A stretch of 64,000 bases of DNA, from the NCBI RefSeq assembly GCF_006345805.1, contig NC_042998.1:160828001-160892000 (forward strand), written 5' to 3'. Positions 1 to 13,130 of this stretch are shown here, piece after piece; position 1 is the first letter of the stretch; every line of letters begins with the position of its first letter. The translations under genes were made by a program, and so were the position numbers. The notes beneath the pieces are model-generated. The model worked only from the letters and a program-made list of their open reading frames with translations. It made no database searches and was not told the origin of the DNA. Source of the DNA: Octopus sinensis (taxonomy: Eukaryota).

Positions 1-122
1 AAACTTTGTGCATATGTACATCAGAGATCAAAGTCAATCTGTGCCAAACAGCTTTACTCCGTGTGCTTTAGCTTCATTACTATGCCAACAGTCTGGATAC
101 TTATTGATCAGACCTTGTATAT

Positions 123-330
123 AAACTGGCTGAATCATAACCACACCAAGCAAAATGCTTAGCGGCATTTCATTCATCTTTATGTTCTGAGTTCAAATTC
201 TGCCAAGGTCAACTTTACTTTTTATCCTTTTGGGGTCGATAAATTAAGAACCAGTTGAGTACTGAGGTCAATGTAATTAACTTACCCTCTTACCCCAAAT
301 CGCTGGCCTTGTGTCAAAAGATAAAACCAA
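123..330 (+). mobile_element. tRNA-derived SINE (family B: 'gagctggcagaatcgttagc...ttctgagttcaaat...ggggtcgat'), decayed
   Basis: Same ~200-nt consensus recurs at about 2089-2292(+), 11091-11305(+), 11906-12120(+), 26343-26482(-), 30425-30636(-), 36913-37208(-), 37883-38066(-), 42240-42380(+), 48585-48788(-), 51025-51240(+), 51836-52050(+), 61955-62160(-), 62515-62705(-); has a B-box-like gagttcaaat. Confidence 0.8.
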
Positions 331-456
331 TATACATATAGTAGGTGGAAAACATGTGACTGGTCATAATGATTAGCTCCCTAAAAAATATATATTACTG
401 CTCTAATGTTGTACAGTGTGCTCTTTTGGGGACATATGAACTACTGACGATATCTA

Positions 457-464
<8 letters not shown>

Positions 465-514
<50 letters not shown>

Positions 515-520
515 CAACAA
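465..520. repeat. (AAT)n/(AAC)n microsatellite
   Basis: Direct reading; a second (AAT)n at 937-990 flanks the other side of the R4/Dong fragment. Confidence 0.95.
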
Positions 521-935
521 CAATACCTATGACTAAAACAATACCTGACTAAAACAATAACCATTGTCATAGGTGCCTTAGGAATGATAGCAGACTAAAA
601 CAATACCTGTTGTCATAGGAATGATAGCAAAAGGGGCTGATTGCTACCTAGCTCAGATACCAGGAAACACCAAAATGGCAGAAATTCAAAAGATAGTGCT
701 CATGGGAACTGCCCATATCCTATGTAAAATACTGTCTATGTAAACTCAAATTTTAAAATAAACACAATTTTCTCATGGTTTCTTAAACATTCTCTAGAAC
801 AACACTATGTACAAAACCAAATATATGGCACCCTAGGCATAACACCAACATGAACTTCTAACTTGTTGTCTCTTGAGGTCTCTGGGTGAGACTTGGAGCC
901 AACTTGTACAAATGCAAAGCAAAAGTCAAGCATAA

Positions 936-936
<1 letters not shown>
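521..936 (+). mobile_element. R4/Dong-type (RLE) non-LTR retrotransposon, 3' fragment inserted in (AAT)n
   Basis: Translates as ..IVIGALGMIAKGADCYLAQIPGNTKMAEIQKIVLMGTAHILCKILSM* (stop 741-743), typical of the RLE C-terminus; followed by a 3' UTR, with (AAT)n on both sides. Confidence 0.8.
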
Positions 937-990
<54 letters not shown>

Positions 991-1623
991 GCCCTAGGAT
1001 GGAATTTATAAACATTTAATGCATTGCCATGTGAGTTTCCACAAATTACATGACTTTTAAGATCACAGTCTGTCTTTCTGGTATGATTACAGTGTAGTCT
1101 TAAGTGTCTGTGGGAATCTGGTTGATCATCCTCATTGATTCATTTATTCAGGTGATATAGTATTAGTGGAGGAAACACAGGGGGGCGTTTTGCTCTTTTT
1201 ACCAGTATGAAGGTCAAGCGAGTTATGTGGGTATTTCTGTGTGTATTTGGTGGGGAGGAATAGGTGATGGGAATAGAGGAAGGAATGGTAGTTATATGGG
1301 GATGAAGTTGTGTGGTGGTGGTGGTGGATTTATTTTGCTATTTATTTTGCTATTCATTCAGCAAATTTTAAAGATAGGAAGTAGATTCTTTTGTTTGATT
1401 TCATTTAAGACATGACTATCTTCAATAAATTCTGAACTCAACAAGGGTCAAGTACTGCTGCTACACAGTGGGGTTTAGTGACTTAATTGGTAAACGTTAC
1501 TTTCGTATGGTGACCTCTATATTGCTTTTGTTGGTATAGTATATAACATCTCAAATATTGGTTGGTTTGTTTGGGTGGAATAGGATTAATACGATGCAAA
1601 CAAAACAATTCACAATCACAAGA

Positions 1624-1895
1624 CATTCTACATAACAAATATCCAATAAAATAAACAATCACCAGAGGTCAAATTACCCAGTGCATTACACAATACAAGC
1701 ACTAATATAACAAAGATTGCACAAGACCCCATGGCAAAAGGAACTGAAGCAAAACAATACCAAGAAGATTTTGCACTCACCCAACAACAAAAAAGAATAC
1801 ACAATGTTGCTGCACACACCCCGTAACATGGAGGTGTTTGGTATCTAGCCTGTTGGTGGTTGTTTATTTTATTGGATATTTGCTATATAGAATGT
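1624..1895. repeat. Imperfect inverted repeat (arms ~1624-1680 and ~1840-1895)
   Basis: acaaatatccaataaaataaacaatcacc versus ggtggttgtttattttattggatatttg (reverse complement). Confidence 0.7.
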
Positions 1896-2088
1896 GTCCT
1901 GTGTTTGAGGATTGGTTTGCTTCTGTTATATTGTTTAATTGATAGTGTCTTGTGTAGGATGTGGACTGTTCCTAGCAAGGATAATGTGTAGTGTTGAGGG
2001 TCCAGGTATAGCTTCTATATTTTTGCTCATGTGTTTTTTATCATGCCCATATTATTATTATTGTTATTATCATTATCATTATTATTAC

Positions 2089-2292
2089 GGTGGCAAGCTG
2101 ATAGAATCGTTAGGATGCTTGACAAAATGCTTAGCAGCATTTCGTCTATCTTTACATTCTGAGTTCAAATGCCACTGAGATTGACTTTGTCTTTCACCTT
2201 GTGGTTTATGAAATAAGCAGCAGGATCACTGTAATTGACTATCCTCCTACTCCAAAAATATCAGGCCTCATGCCTATAGTAGAAAGGATTAT
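2089..2292 (+). mobile_element. tRNA-derived SINE family B copy
   Basis: ggtggcaagctgatagaatcgttagg...ttctgagttcaaatgcc... Confidence 0.75.
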
Positions 2293-2689
2293 TATTATCA
2301 CTATCCTTAGCAATCTTTTCAAATAAGGTATGTACAACATTTATGCTTCAAAATGGTGATTGTGACAACCCATCAACCTATGCTAGGATGAAATACAAAT
2401 GTAAAATGATGATGATGGTGTTAATTTTGTAATTAGTTTAAAGCACAATTGTTATCATTATTCAAATGATCTTAGTTTAAAAGAACTGGAGGATGAAATG
2501 TTGGGATAAATGAAATGTATTCACTATCAGAATTATTCTCAAGTGCATTCATATATTTAATTCATTTAATTCAAATTAGAATTCCAGAGTAGTCTCTCTT
2601 GAATTTTAAAACAGAAGTAGTTATATAGATGATAATTGCTTTTTCCTTACTACTAGAAGTTAAATAAATTAAAATTTCTTGGTTTAATT

Positions 2690-2939
2690 CAGTGGTTCTC
2701 AACTGATTTTTGTTTATGGAAGCCTTTGGTTCCTATTTTATTTGGATGGACCTCCATAGCCATTTGATGTATTTAAAAAAAAATCCTACTGTAGTTTATT
2801 ATTAAATATTAGGAATATATACAAAAATTTTTAATATTTTGTGTAATGTAGAAGTTATGCAATTTATTGCAGAAAAAACTTAACACAAAACCTTATATGA
2901 ACTCACAAGAAACATATGGGTCATGGTTGAGAACCACTG
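2690..2939. mobile_element. hAT-type MITE
   Basis: TIRs cagtggttctcaac (2690-2703) and gttgagaaccactg (2926-2939); 8-bp TSD gtttaatt / gtttaata (7 of 8 match). Confidence 0.85.
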
Positions 2940-3029
2940 GTTTAATACTATCAACATTGATATTAAAATTCCATGTTGTAGGCATCCTTGTCTGTTTCTT
3001 CCCAGTTATTGTATTCAATTATAGCTGAG

Positions 3030-3225
3030 CCAATTTTTCATCTTTCTTTTACTGTGACCATGCTGGGGAACTATCTTGGAAAGTCTTTGATGTCAAACAA
3101 GTGGACCCCAGTACTTAGTTTTTAAAGTCTGGTAGCTTACTTGATCAGTTTCATTTGCTGAACAGCTAAGTTATGGAGATGTAAACAAACCAATACCAGT
3201 TGTCATACAGTGGGAACAGTATAAA
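3030..3225 (+). mobile_element. SINE family A, 3' fragment
   Basis: gaccccagtacttag...ctaagttatggagatgtaaacaaaccaataccagttgtc resembles the family A body. Confidence 0.5.
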
Positions 3226-3300
3226 CACAAAGACATGTACGTGCGTGCACACACACACATGTATATATATATGTATGTATATATATATATAATATATATA

Positions 3301-3350
<50 letters not shown>

Positions 3351-4499
3351 AATGATCGATGGAAGATGAAATATATGAAAATTTATCATTGAATATGACA
3401 ATTGTTTCGACACATCTAGCATCAATCCTTCATCCTTCATGGGTGGGACACTCAACAACTGGTTCAGGAGCATCCAGTTGTGCAAACGTATCACGTCAAG
3501 AGATAAATAGATACAACTTGTTAAGATAACAGTTCTGCAATGTAACTTATTGTTTTGTAGAAAGAAAAACAGCCAGTCGGAGGAACTATCATCATTTATA
3601 TAGAAGATCAAAAATAAAATCTCAGATGGAAAAAAAGGAGAGAAATGAACATGCAATACAGTGAGAAAAATATTAAAAATAACCATTAACAAATATAGAT
3701 GTATGAACGCCCGCAGGCAAGCTGCATGGTGCAAGTACACTCGCTCATACAAGCATCCATGAAAATGTGAGCATACACACATGTGAAGTTTGGTGCACTC
3801 ATGATCACGAAATGAGTTAACTATCTACTTGGTGTTTGTAAGAATGGGGAGAACGGTGTTTGTAAGTAGTTAACTATTGACTTGATATTTGTTAGAATTG
3901 TGTGTGCATGTATATACATACACACAAGTAAGCACAAAAATGCAAAACAAGGGAGAAAAAAATTGTACTCAAAAACCAAAGGTAGAGTAATATACCTTTT
4001 ATTAAAGCTGAAAAATCTTCACAAACTCTTACAAACAGTTTTGCGCTACTGTTTGTCTGACAGTTGTATGATGAGCTTCTTTTAGACTTTGTCTACCAAA
4101 TTCAGGCACAAGTCTAGTTGGTCTGAGACTTTAGTAGAAGACACTTGCTCAAGATGTCATATAGTGGGATTGAACTTGAAATCATGTGGTTGGGAAGCAA
4201 ATTTTTTAGCATAGAGTCATATCTGCATCTATGATAAAGCAGAATTATTTAGTGAAAATACAATATAGTTTGAAGGAATTTGTATTTTGATTATGGTATC
4301 CTTGTTAACTGATATTTCACCTTCAATCTATTTTTAAAAATCTTTTGACAATTTGTCACCAGAAGTACAGTTATTGGAAGTCTGTTAAGGAAAGATTTGA
4401 CTGAGCAAGAAATTTAATGGAAGTTTAATATATCTTCTCACAAAAGCATTCAATATATTGGTTTTAAATTTAAGTGATACATGTAATAGATGCATTTAG

Positions 4500-4519
4500 T
4501 CTAGTTATAGATAGATGGC

Positions 4520-4550
<31 letters not shown>

Positions 4551-4785
4551 ATAGACAGAGAGGGAGAAGGAGAGGGAGAGCTGATGTGAGAATATTTTTT
4601 ATTTGTCTTTCCCTCTTTCTGTCTGTCTATGTATCTATCTCTCTATCTATCTACCTATCTATCTACCTATCTATCTACCTATCTATCTATCTATCTATCT
4701 ATCTATATATATATATATATATATCTATCTATCTATCTATCTGTTTATCTTTGTGTGTGTGTGCGTGCATGTCTCTCTCTCTTTC

Positions 4786-4856
<71 letters not shown>

Positions 4857-4883
4857 GTCTGTCTGTCTATCTATGTGTGTCCC

Positions 4884-4926
<43 letters not shown>

Positions 4927-4930
4927 CTTT
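4500..4930. repeat. (GATA)n followed by long (TATC)n microsatellites (mutually complementary)
   Basis: Direct reading; the two tracts are ~75 nt apart and could fold back on each other. Confidence 0.95.
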
Positions 4931-5170
4931 CACACATATAGACAGGCATTCATACACACTCGCTGAAGCTGATATATTTCATTTTTACCTTTATTAACTG
5001 TGTTATTTTTCTCCTGTCTGTGAGATAAATAGTGAGTAAGGAAGGGGGATGGAGAGAGAGAGTGAGGAAGAGATAGAGAGAGAAAGCAATTGTTTCAAAA
5101 GCAACAACTTATCTAATAAGCTGATGTCAGTACAATGAATTTTGGATAGAATATAATATATCTTCTCCAC

Positions 5171-5264
5171 CTTAATGATGACTCTAGGTTTGGCTGTGGA
5201 AATCTTTGATTAGTTTTTAGTACAGCTGGGTCTTTCTGGTCATTTATTGCCATTACTGATTGAT
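5171..5264 (-). CDS. Candidate internal exon (unverified)
   Basis: Minus strand ttcctttttag|AT CAA TCA...TTA AG|gtggag; open frame QSVMAINDQKDPAVLKTNQRFPQPNLESSL; donor is weak. Confidence 0.2.
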
Positions 5265-7089
5265 CTAAAAAGGAAATTAAACTTTTCCAAAACAAACGTT
5301 TTTTTTCCCTTCCTTTTATTTTCTTTTTTTATTTTATCTATTTATTTATTTTTGTATGAATTGTTCTTGCAAGTTATTTCACTTCAGCCAGGAATATAAA
5401 CATTCTGGGTAATATTGTAAAAAGTGATAAATTATCTCATAGATTCTCCTTAAATCCATTCAAATAAATAAGCAAAGTAACATTTAACCTATATTTATTT
5501 ATTTTCATTGATATTATTTTTCTGTTTTTAAATACTTACATGGTGGCTACAAACTAAGATGGCCTTTAATAAAAAAAATAAATAAAAATAAAAGCTTTGA
5601 GAACCAATAAGTTTAATGCTTATGGGCAAGAAACCCAATCATCCTCTCATTTGCTGTAGGTTATATTTTCCATTCAATTTGGTTTTTTGTTTCTGACAGA
5701 ATGATAAAGACACTGAAACCAAAGTAATTGAAGAAAGTAAGCTCATGTTGACATATCAGTGAATGGAGGTAATCTTAAGTTGGATCTTATAGTTAAGTAG
5801 TTTGAACTTAGAGCATTCAATATTATTTATAGATTACATTTGTTTAATATCAGATCTGAAACATAATAACATCTATTTCTATTTCTACAAAGCATTATTA
5901 CAGTCCTTTCTGACAATTTTATTTTTAAAATATCTAAAAATGTGTTTCTATATAATACATTTTATGTAGATATATTATTGCTATTCATTGCATAAATTCT
6001 CTTATCCATTTAATATCACTAAATAAGCTATGTGAGTATGTTTAAATTTCTTTGTCATTGCTGAAAATGTTAAAATGGATAACAGCTAATCTTTCTAAAG
6101 CTTAGAGGCTAAAAACATAAAACAGAATTTAAGGAAAGCAATGGTCTATGTCAGTCATAAACAAACAAACAAATAAATAAATAAGATAAAAAGCTCCCCC
6201 AAAATATTTAATAAAATTCATAAAATGGGGTATTCATTTCCTTAACAAAGTGCTCTGCTTGAAATGCCCCCTAATAATTGCTTGAAAAATATTATTTGTC
6301 AAAGCTCCTAACATCAAGATGTGAGTGCAGATATAGTGAGAGCATAAAGCAATGATATTGTAGTTTTTACATTGAGTTTGGTATTTGGTAATTGAAAGTG
6401 TTTGATGCTGCTGTTCTCATATGTAATGCTTCCTGAGGGGCATCTTCATCCAGGATATTAGACAATCAAAACGTCCAAGTGTTGTTTCAGTCTGTTAATG
6501 TCCACTCCAAATCCTTTAGGCTTTGCGAAAGGATAAATAATAGAGAGGTATAGTCTGTTCAAGAAAACTAGGTGGACATGAATGATTTGTGCACCATACT
6601 AAACAAGTACAGAATTAGCTTCAGAAATGTGATTGCTGGTAATGAGTCTGGGAATAAATTATCATGCAGGAAAATGTCTATTAAGACTCAATTCTCAGCC
6701 CTCTCACCTCCTGTTTATTATAATTCTTTAGAAGAATTTAAGAATGATTGTTCATGGGAACTCTTGTTTGTTGAAGTCCAAGCTTTCATTGTTGAATCTG
6801 TAGAATATTTAGAAAGAAATTCCAGATATGGAAACAAATCTTGGAATTGAGAAGCCTCAATGTAGATACTGTAAATAGGAAACAAGTTCAAACTCTGTTA
6901 CAATCAGGGAAATGGTCGTACTTGATAGGCAGAAAATGAGATAATAGATATTTCATATGGTATATCCAATGCAAGGTATGGATGAATAAGTGGTGCAGTG
7001 AAATTATAGCCTGGCTAAAGACTAAAATAGATTCTGCATATGGTAAATGCACAGTTATAATTATTGGTATAAGTATGCATGAATATATT

Positions 7090-7420
7090 TTTTCAAATGG
7101 GCAGAAAATTTCATAGCTTCTGTTACCCAGATGCCATTACCAGAAATAGAGGTGGTAGTTTGAAAGTATTGCAGCCAGAGCAAGAATGATATGGAAAACG
7201 TTCTGGAAGCTGTAACTTCCACTCTCAGAATGAAGGGCAAATTACATAATGCTTGTGTACTAAGTGCAATGCTGCATAGCTGTGAGGTATTGAGCCTTGA
7301 ATGCAAAAGATTTCCAAAGGCTGGAAAGATATTTGTTGTGCTTGCTCAAATGTATTATTAGTAAGCATGAATGTTGGAGCACAAATGGAGAGAAAAGTTG
7401 GATACATAATGGAAATTTTC
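7090..7420 (+). mobile_element. RTE-clade LINE remnant (post-RT C-terminal region)
   Basis: Translates as LRMKGKLHNACVLSAMLHSCEV..ALNAKDFQRLER across frameshifts; typical of RTE. Confidence 0.7.
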
Positions 7421-10383
7421 TCCAATCTTGTGGTTTTGTAATATATACTAAGAGTGAATTTGTGGTTTGGTGAGATAGGCATAGTGTTTTCTTATATTGT
7501 TTTTTTTTATGCTAAACAAAGTTATTTTATAGTTCATGGTTAGCATATAGGGTTGTTGTGGATGTGAATAAAAATCCAGTCAATTAAATTTTCTGACTCC
7601 ACCACAACTAACATTGCTGGTATAATCCGGCAACTTAACAATAAGAAACTTAGTAGCCTACAATTAGTTGATTTTAATCATGCTAATACAACACACATTA
7701 ATTCTCAGCCCCCACTCATAACCCTCGGCCATCCTTAAACCTCCTCACCAACCCTGACCTTCACATCACCAGCCCTAATCCTAATACTACACCAAGTACC
7801 CTTAACCAACCTAGTGATCCAGCTATACCCATCACTGAAATGATAGGAATTATATCACTAGACATGAGAACTATTATAAGCTACATTCCCCGGATGACCA
7901 CCCTAATGAATACCAATCCTAACACTGCAGCAGATAATGCATATAACACTAGGTTAATCTCCAGATAATCATAACCCTACAAACTCCACTTTAGCATTTT
8001 CTAGAACCCTATGTTGCTGTAAATGTCTCCTCCTTTCCCTTAGATAATAGATGCCTCACAAAATATATTGTATATAAATATACAGTATCCACGTACAAGG
8101 GCAGAATTTGTAAGCACTATTTTAGCTTTAAATCTCCAGGGAGAACTTCTTTATCCAAGCTCATCCATAACTTAAAACAATACTCAGTTTGGATCTTTTC
8201 TGTTTGGCTGCCACTTTTCAGTTTCTTCAATTTCTGTTCTGATTGATTTCATATTTGATGTAATGGTGAAATTTTGTAAAGTAATCATTGACATGAAATT
8301 CATTTCTGCCATAAATGGATAAAGAATTAATAGCTTTTAAAATTTGCAAATTTGGGGTAATCTTAGCCAATCAAAAAACCACAGACATATAGGTATCTGC
8401 TTCCATAGTAACAAGCAAAGCTGCTACCAAGCTTCTCATCATGTGTTCTTTTTGTTGCTTATTAAATGCTTAAAACACATGCAATGTGACAAGTGCTAAA
8501 AATAACAGCCGAATAGGCTTTAAATCACACATGAAAACCTTTTTTTTTTGTTTTTGCATTATTGTATGAATTCCCATGTGTTGAATATAGATTCGCAAAA
8601 ATTTTCAGAAAATTCCAAAAAATAAAAAAGTTATGATGGGTTATATGATGTGCATAAAGCAGAATTCCACTAATATTTCATTTGTTTACAGTTGACAGCA
8701 CTTGCTGTCACATACAAGACGACAGCTTCCAAATCCTGTTTTCTGACTGGGTAAAAATTATCCAACTTTAAACCTCTGTAACTTTTAGTAAAAATTTTTC
8801 TGAAAAAAAGTGAAGTATCTCCTGAGATTCAGTGTAGAAAATTACATATATGTACCAAATTTAAAAATTTTTGCTAAACTTTAAAATTTCCATAGGCGCA
8901 GCCCAACACAAAATATCTCTTGGTTCTATACAATTTAAAATGCCAATGAAAAGCTGTATAATGGTTATAACAACAAATGCAATCTCTGCATCACAGAAAT
9001 CTTATCTTATGCAATGCAGCGATTGCCTGAATGAACAGAGCAACTTAATTCTTAATTGTAAACATAAGTTATATAACACATTCTTAAGGTGCAAATATTA
9101 GCACTCTCCCCAATTATTCTCTAATTATTCCTCACGCCCCTACTTGAAGCTTGTCTATGTATTTGTAACATACACCTTCCTCTCTGCACATAAAAATATG
9201 CAGATGCATATGCATGCATGCACACCTACAGAATAGGTGCACAGAGAATGTACACACGTGCACACAAATATGTGAACATATAGTTTTACTATTAAGTAGT
9301 AAGCCAACAATTTACCTATGATTGCTATGTTCCCCTAATGACTGGTAACTTTATCACCCATCACTTTCTCTTTCTTCCCTAGTTTTCTTTCCTAGCAAAT
9401 CCTCCTTACTTCCACTTCTAGATATTTGACCTCTTCTCCTATCTTCTCACTCTTGACCATTTCACTTTTAAAAATTACTTTCTTTCTTTTCTTTAGATTC
9501 TGTATAAATGTATATGCATGGATGCTATAATATATTTATTCACTGTTGACATAGCAAAATGACCCCAGCTAAATATTCACAATGACCTTCCCCTAAAGTC
9601 AGTATCCATCTATACATCTAACCTAAATTCCCCCTCAACCCCCACTCCTTTTCTTTATTCTTAACAATTTTAGACCATTACCCACCTTCATATTTTTGAC
9701 CTCCTCTTTTTTTTTTCTATTACTGACCATTTTATTTCTTCATATATGTTTTTCTATTTTGTTTTTACACTCCATTCTTCTGGCTTCATCATTCATTTTA
9801 AATTATATCTCCTGCAAGTTAACTTGAGATTCTTTAATGACAATGTAACCTTCATTTAACTAAGGTATCTTCAACTTGATGAGCAGCTTGTGAAGTACCC
9901 CTCATTGAGTAATTACTTCTTCTGAGATTCTGCTAGCTAGGAAACATATGTAACCTGGATTTTACTTGCTCCATTCCCTCACTTTGGATTATATGTCCAC
10001 ACACATATACATATACATATGTGTATGTATATATACACATCTTATACATGTATATAAATACTCACACACACACATATATATATATGCACACACACACATA
10101 CATACATACATGTATGTATATATATATGTGTATTATGCATATAATGTATATATATATGTGTATTATGTATATAAAATATACATACATACATACATATGCA
10201 TATTCCTACTTATGTCTATTTTTCAATGGAAGAAATTGCTTTGATCATACAAGTATTGAAATGTCTTTGGTTGTTCTAATGTTATTTCCCCTTCCTTTCA
10301 ACATCTACATGGTAATCCAGGAATTGTTATATGGTTGTCAACTAAATAGGAAAAACTGCCATATTTTCTCCAAATCCTCATAC

Positions 10384-10440
10384 CTTACTATCTTAGATGT
10401 AGTGGAGCTCATATCTGATGCTAATGTAGTCCTAGTTACC
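10384..10440 (-). CDS. Candidate internal exon (57 nt, phase 2-2; unverified)
   Basis: Long pyrimidine tract ttttcttttctttcttttcaaatacag|G GTA ACT...GTA AG|gtatga; only one frame is open: VTRTTLASDMSSTTSKIV. Confidence 0.3.
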
Positions 10441-11090
10441 CTGTATTTGAAAAGAAAGAAAAGAAAAAACACTGCTGGAAGCTGGAATGCCATTGATCAT
10501 AGTCATCATAATCATGTTCTGTCAAGGTTAGCCAAGAGCTAAACAGCAACAACAACAGAAGTTACAGAAAGAGATGGCACCAATAATGGTTAGCTTTTCG
10601 AAAAAAAAAGAGGAAAGAAAGGAATTTAACCAAGTAATTCGTATGGAGTAACTTTACATTAAGGAATGGAATGTATAATTTCTTGTAATTCAGACTGCCT
10701 AATGGTCCCAGCAGACAAAATGGAAAAGGTGTTGCCCTGGACGATGGTGAGGGAAATGCACTGGAACAGCCACTCTGAATCATGGGGATTGTGCTTACAA
10801 ATAACCATCTCCACCCCAATAGCAGTGAGCAAGGATATGGTCTGGGGTTGAAAATGTCAGAGGTCTTCACTGTCTCAGGCTTGCCCAGAAACCTGTCAGA
10901 GAGTCACTGATTCTTTGACAGTTTGCTTTTCTTATCCTGACAAGCAGTGGATCCTGGGCTGGTAGCCAAACACACCAAGTTGCTACTGGTGTGTCACAGA
11001 AAGTGTACTGAATAGGGTTTCCCTGTTAGTTTGTTGAAGGTTGTATTTTGTCTAAGAGCTTTGAGTAATTGTCCATATTATTCCATTCAA

Positions 11091-11305
11091 GGGGGTGAGC
11101 TGGCAGAATCGTTAGTATATCAGACAAAATGCTTAGTAGCATTTCATCCAGCTCCTTACATTCTGAGTTCAAGTTCTGCTGGGGTCACTTTGCCCTTCAT
11201 CCTTTTAAGGTCAATAAAATATGTATCATTTGAGCACTGAGGCCAATGTAATCGACATAACCCTCTCCTAGAATTGCTGACCATGTACCAAAATTTGAAA
11301 CTATT
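11091..11305 (+). mobile_element. tRNA-derived SINE family B copy
   Basis: gggggtgagctggcagaatcgttag...ctgagttcaagttctg... Confidence 0.8.
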
Positions 11306-12175
11306 ATTTCATTGTCACTTGTAGAAATAATGTTTGTTTTTTTTAATAACAGTTGAGGTCATTATATCATAACACAACAATAGTGATATATTAGAACAAA
11401 ATAGTAATTATACTGTTTTAGAAATTATAAGCCTTTGTATATTTATTTTGCATTCTTTTCCATTGTAATAAACTGGCATTATTTGATGAAATGGCTTAAT
11501 ATGTTTTTAAGCAGCAGTGTTTAAAATAAAAGAAATGATCAAAAACGTATTGAATGGATTCCAATAACAGGAGGCGTGGCTGCTAAAATTTGGCTAACAT
11601 TTACCAGATGTCAGTAATCAGGATTGAAAAAAAAAAATTATGCTCCCCCATCCCTTTCCCCACCAATCCACCAAATATATATATTTAATTTGCAACTTGG
11701 GCATTACCCAAAAAGTCAACTGGTAAAAATTATATAAAGTGAAACAATCAAGGGGTCAAGCAAGTCCACCGTATAGGTGAAGTAATTGGGAGAGGTATCT
11801 TGGAAAAGTCTGTAAATCATTACTTAATCAATATATGCATATGTGCTTACTTGAAATATATCAATAAGCTGTAATGGCTTTTATTGCTAATTTTTATGAT
11901 TTGAGAGAGGTGGATTGGCAGAATATGTTGAGTGTCAGACAAAAGGCATTGTGGTGTTTAGTTATGTCCCTTTATATTCTGAATCTGAATCCTTTCAGGA
12001 TCAATTTTGCCTTTTATCATCTGGGTTCGATAATTTAAGTATAGTCAATTACTGGAGTCAATATAATTGACTGTAACAGCCTACTAAATTGTGTGGCTTT
12101 GTATCTTTGATAGCAATCGATTATTGAAGGAGGAGAATGAAATGGTATGTATATTTACATAAATATATGGCTTAC

Positions 12176-12270
12176 CTTCAACAAGTAACTTAAATATATG
12201 GGATATATAGTCCACCGAAGAAGTAATGATTTGTACCATGAAAGAATAAACTCTGGTGTCAGTTATATTT
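12176..12270 (-). CDS. Candidate internal exon (95 nt; unverified)
   Basis: tttatataacacag|A AAT ATA...GAA G|gtaagc; only one frame is open: NITDTRVYSFMVQIITSSVDYISHIFKLLVE. Confidence 0.3.
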
Positions 12271-12844
12271 CTGTGTTATATAAAGATCATCACAAACTAT
12301 GGCACCTAGAGAGTCCTAAATGTTTAACCTATTAGCATTCAGATCACTTTATTAAATGTAATACTTATTTATTCACATTGTTTTGAATTAATCATGTATT
12401 ATTTGTGGGTTTAAGATTTTGTTGACATGATTGTGTATTTTTAGAATATTATGGGTATGAGAGGTTTGATCTGACTGGTTTCAATATAAAACAGGTAGAG
12501 TATTTGGGTTGGATATGGCCTGTTTAAGCACTCAAGTATTAAAATGTTTCCAAGTCCTTAATATTGTGAGAGTACCTAGATAGGCATCATTATATTTATA
12601 AATTAGTTGCTGGTAGGGACCCTATATTTCGTTTTCCTGCCATAAACTACTATTAAGTATATTAAAGGTTTATAAGTTAATATTGTGTCCTATTTTGTGT
12701 TAGTGGTGTGTTGTTTTTATTTTTTAAGTGTAATCTCTACAGATTTTCTACAGAATTTAAAGATAGCACTGAAAGTTGTGATACTTTGCATATGAATATG
12801 TCTATGTAAAAAAATGCCATCAAAGATAGAAAAATATGTAATAG

Positions 12845-12888
12845 GTGTATATGAAGATTTCAGGAGTTATTGCTCTTCCTTCAGTACC
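12845..12888 (-). ncRNA. Decayed minimal hammerhead ribozyme (inverted partner of 13086-13130)
   Basis: Minus strand GUGGUA CUGAAGG AAGAG CAAUAA CUCCU GAAA UCUU CAUA UA CAC; core position A9 and stem III are mutated. Confidence 0.55.
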
Positions 12889-13085
12889 ACATCCCATTCA
12901 TAAACTATCTACAAATACATGTTTATATATTATGGTTGCAAAACGAAATACCAGCAGTTAATATGTATGTACCAGTTGCCAGGAATGTTTTTAATATATA
13001 AAATTGATTTATCCAATAGTGTTACACCACTAAACTTAGTGACTGTTTAAGCAATATGTTTGTGGATAGTTAATCAGTTGGATGT

Positions 13086-13130
13086 GGTGCTGATGAAAGA
13101 GCAATAACTCTTGAAATATGCATATACACT
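13086..13130 (+). ncRNA. Minimal type-I hammerhead ribozyme (PLE-type)
   Basis: GGUG CUGAUGA [AAGAG CAAUAA CUCUU] GAAA UAUG|CAUA UA^CACU: intact core, 5-bp stem II, loopless palindromic stem III (AUAUGCAUAU), 3-4 bp stem I, predicted AUA cleavage after 13126. Confidence 0.75.

Noticed and set aside
6572-6850. 92-aa ORF
   Set aside because: Starts at GTG, has no recognisable motif, and lies in decayed repeat-like sequence.
9878-9960. ttgatgagca..gaag and ctgaga..gaaacatatgta HHR-like remnants
   Set aside because: Core substitutions or deletion and no convincing stem I; could be chance or very old PLE debris.
12970-13040. Minus-strand exon linking to 12176-12270
   Set aside because: Both possible donors leave TG, which joins the next exon's A to form TGA; no SECIS evidence to argue for selenocysteine.
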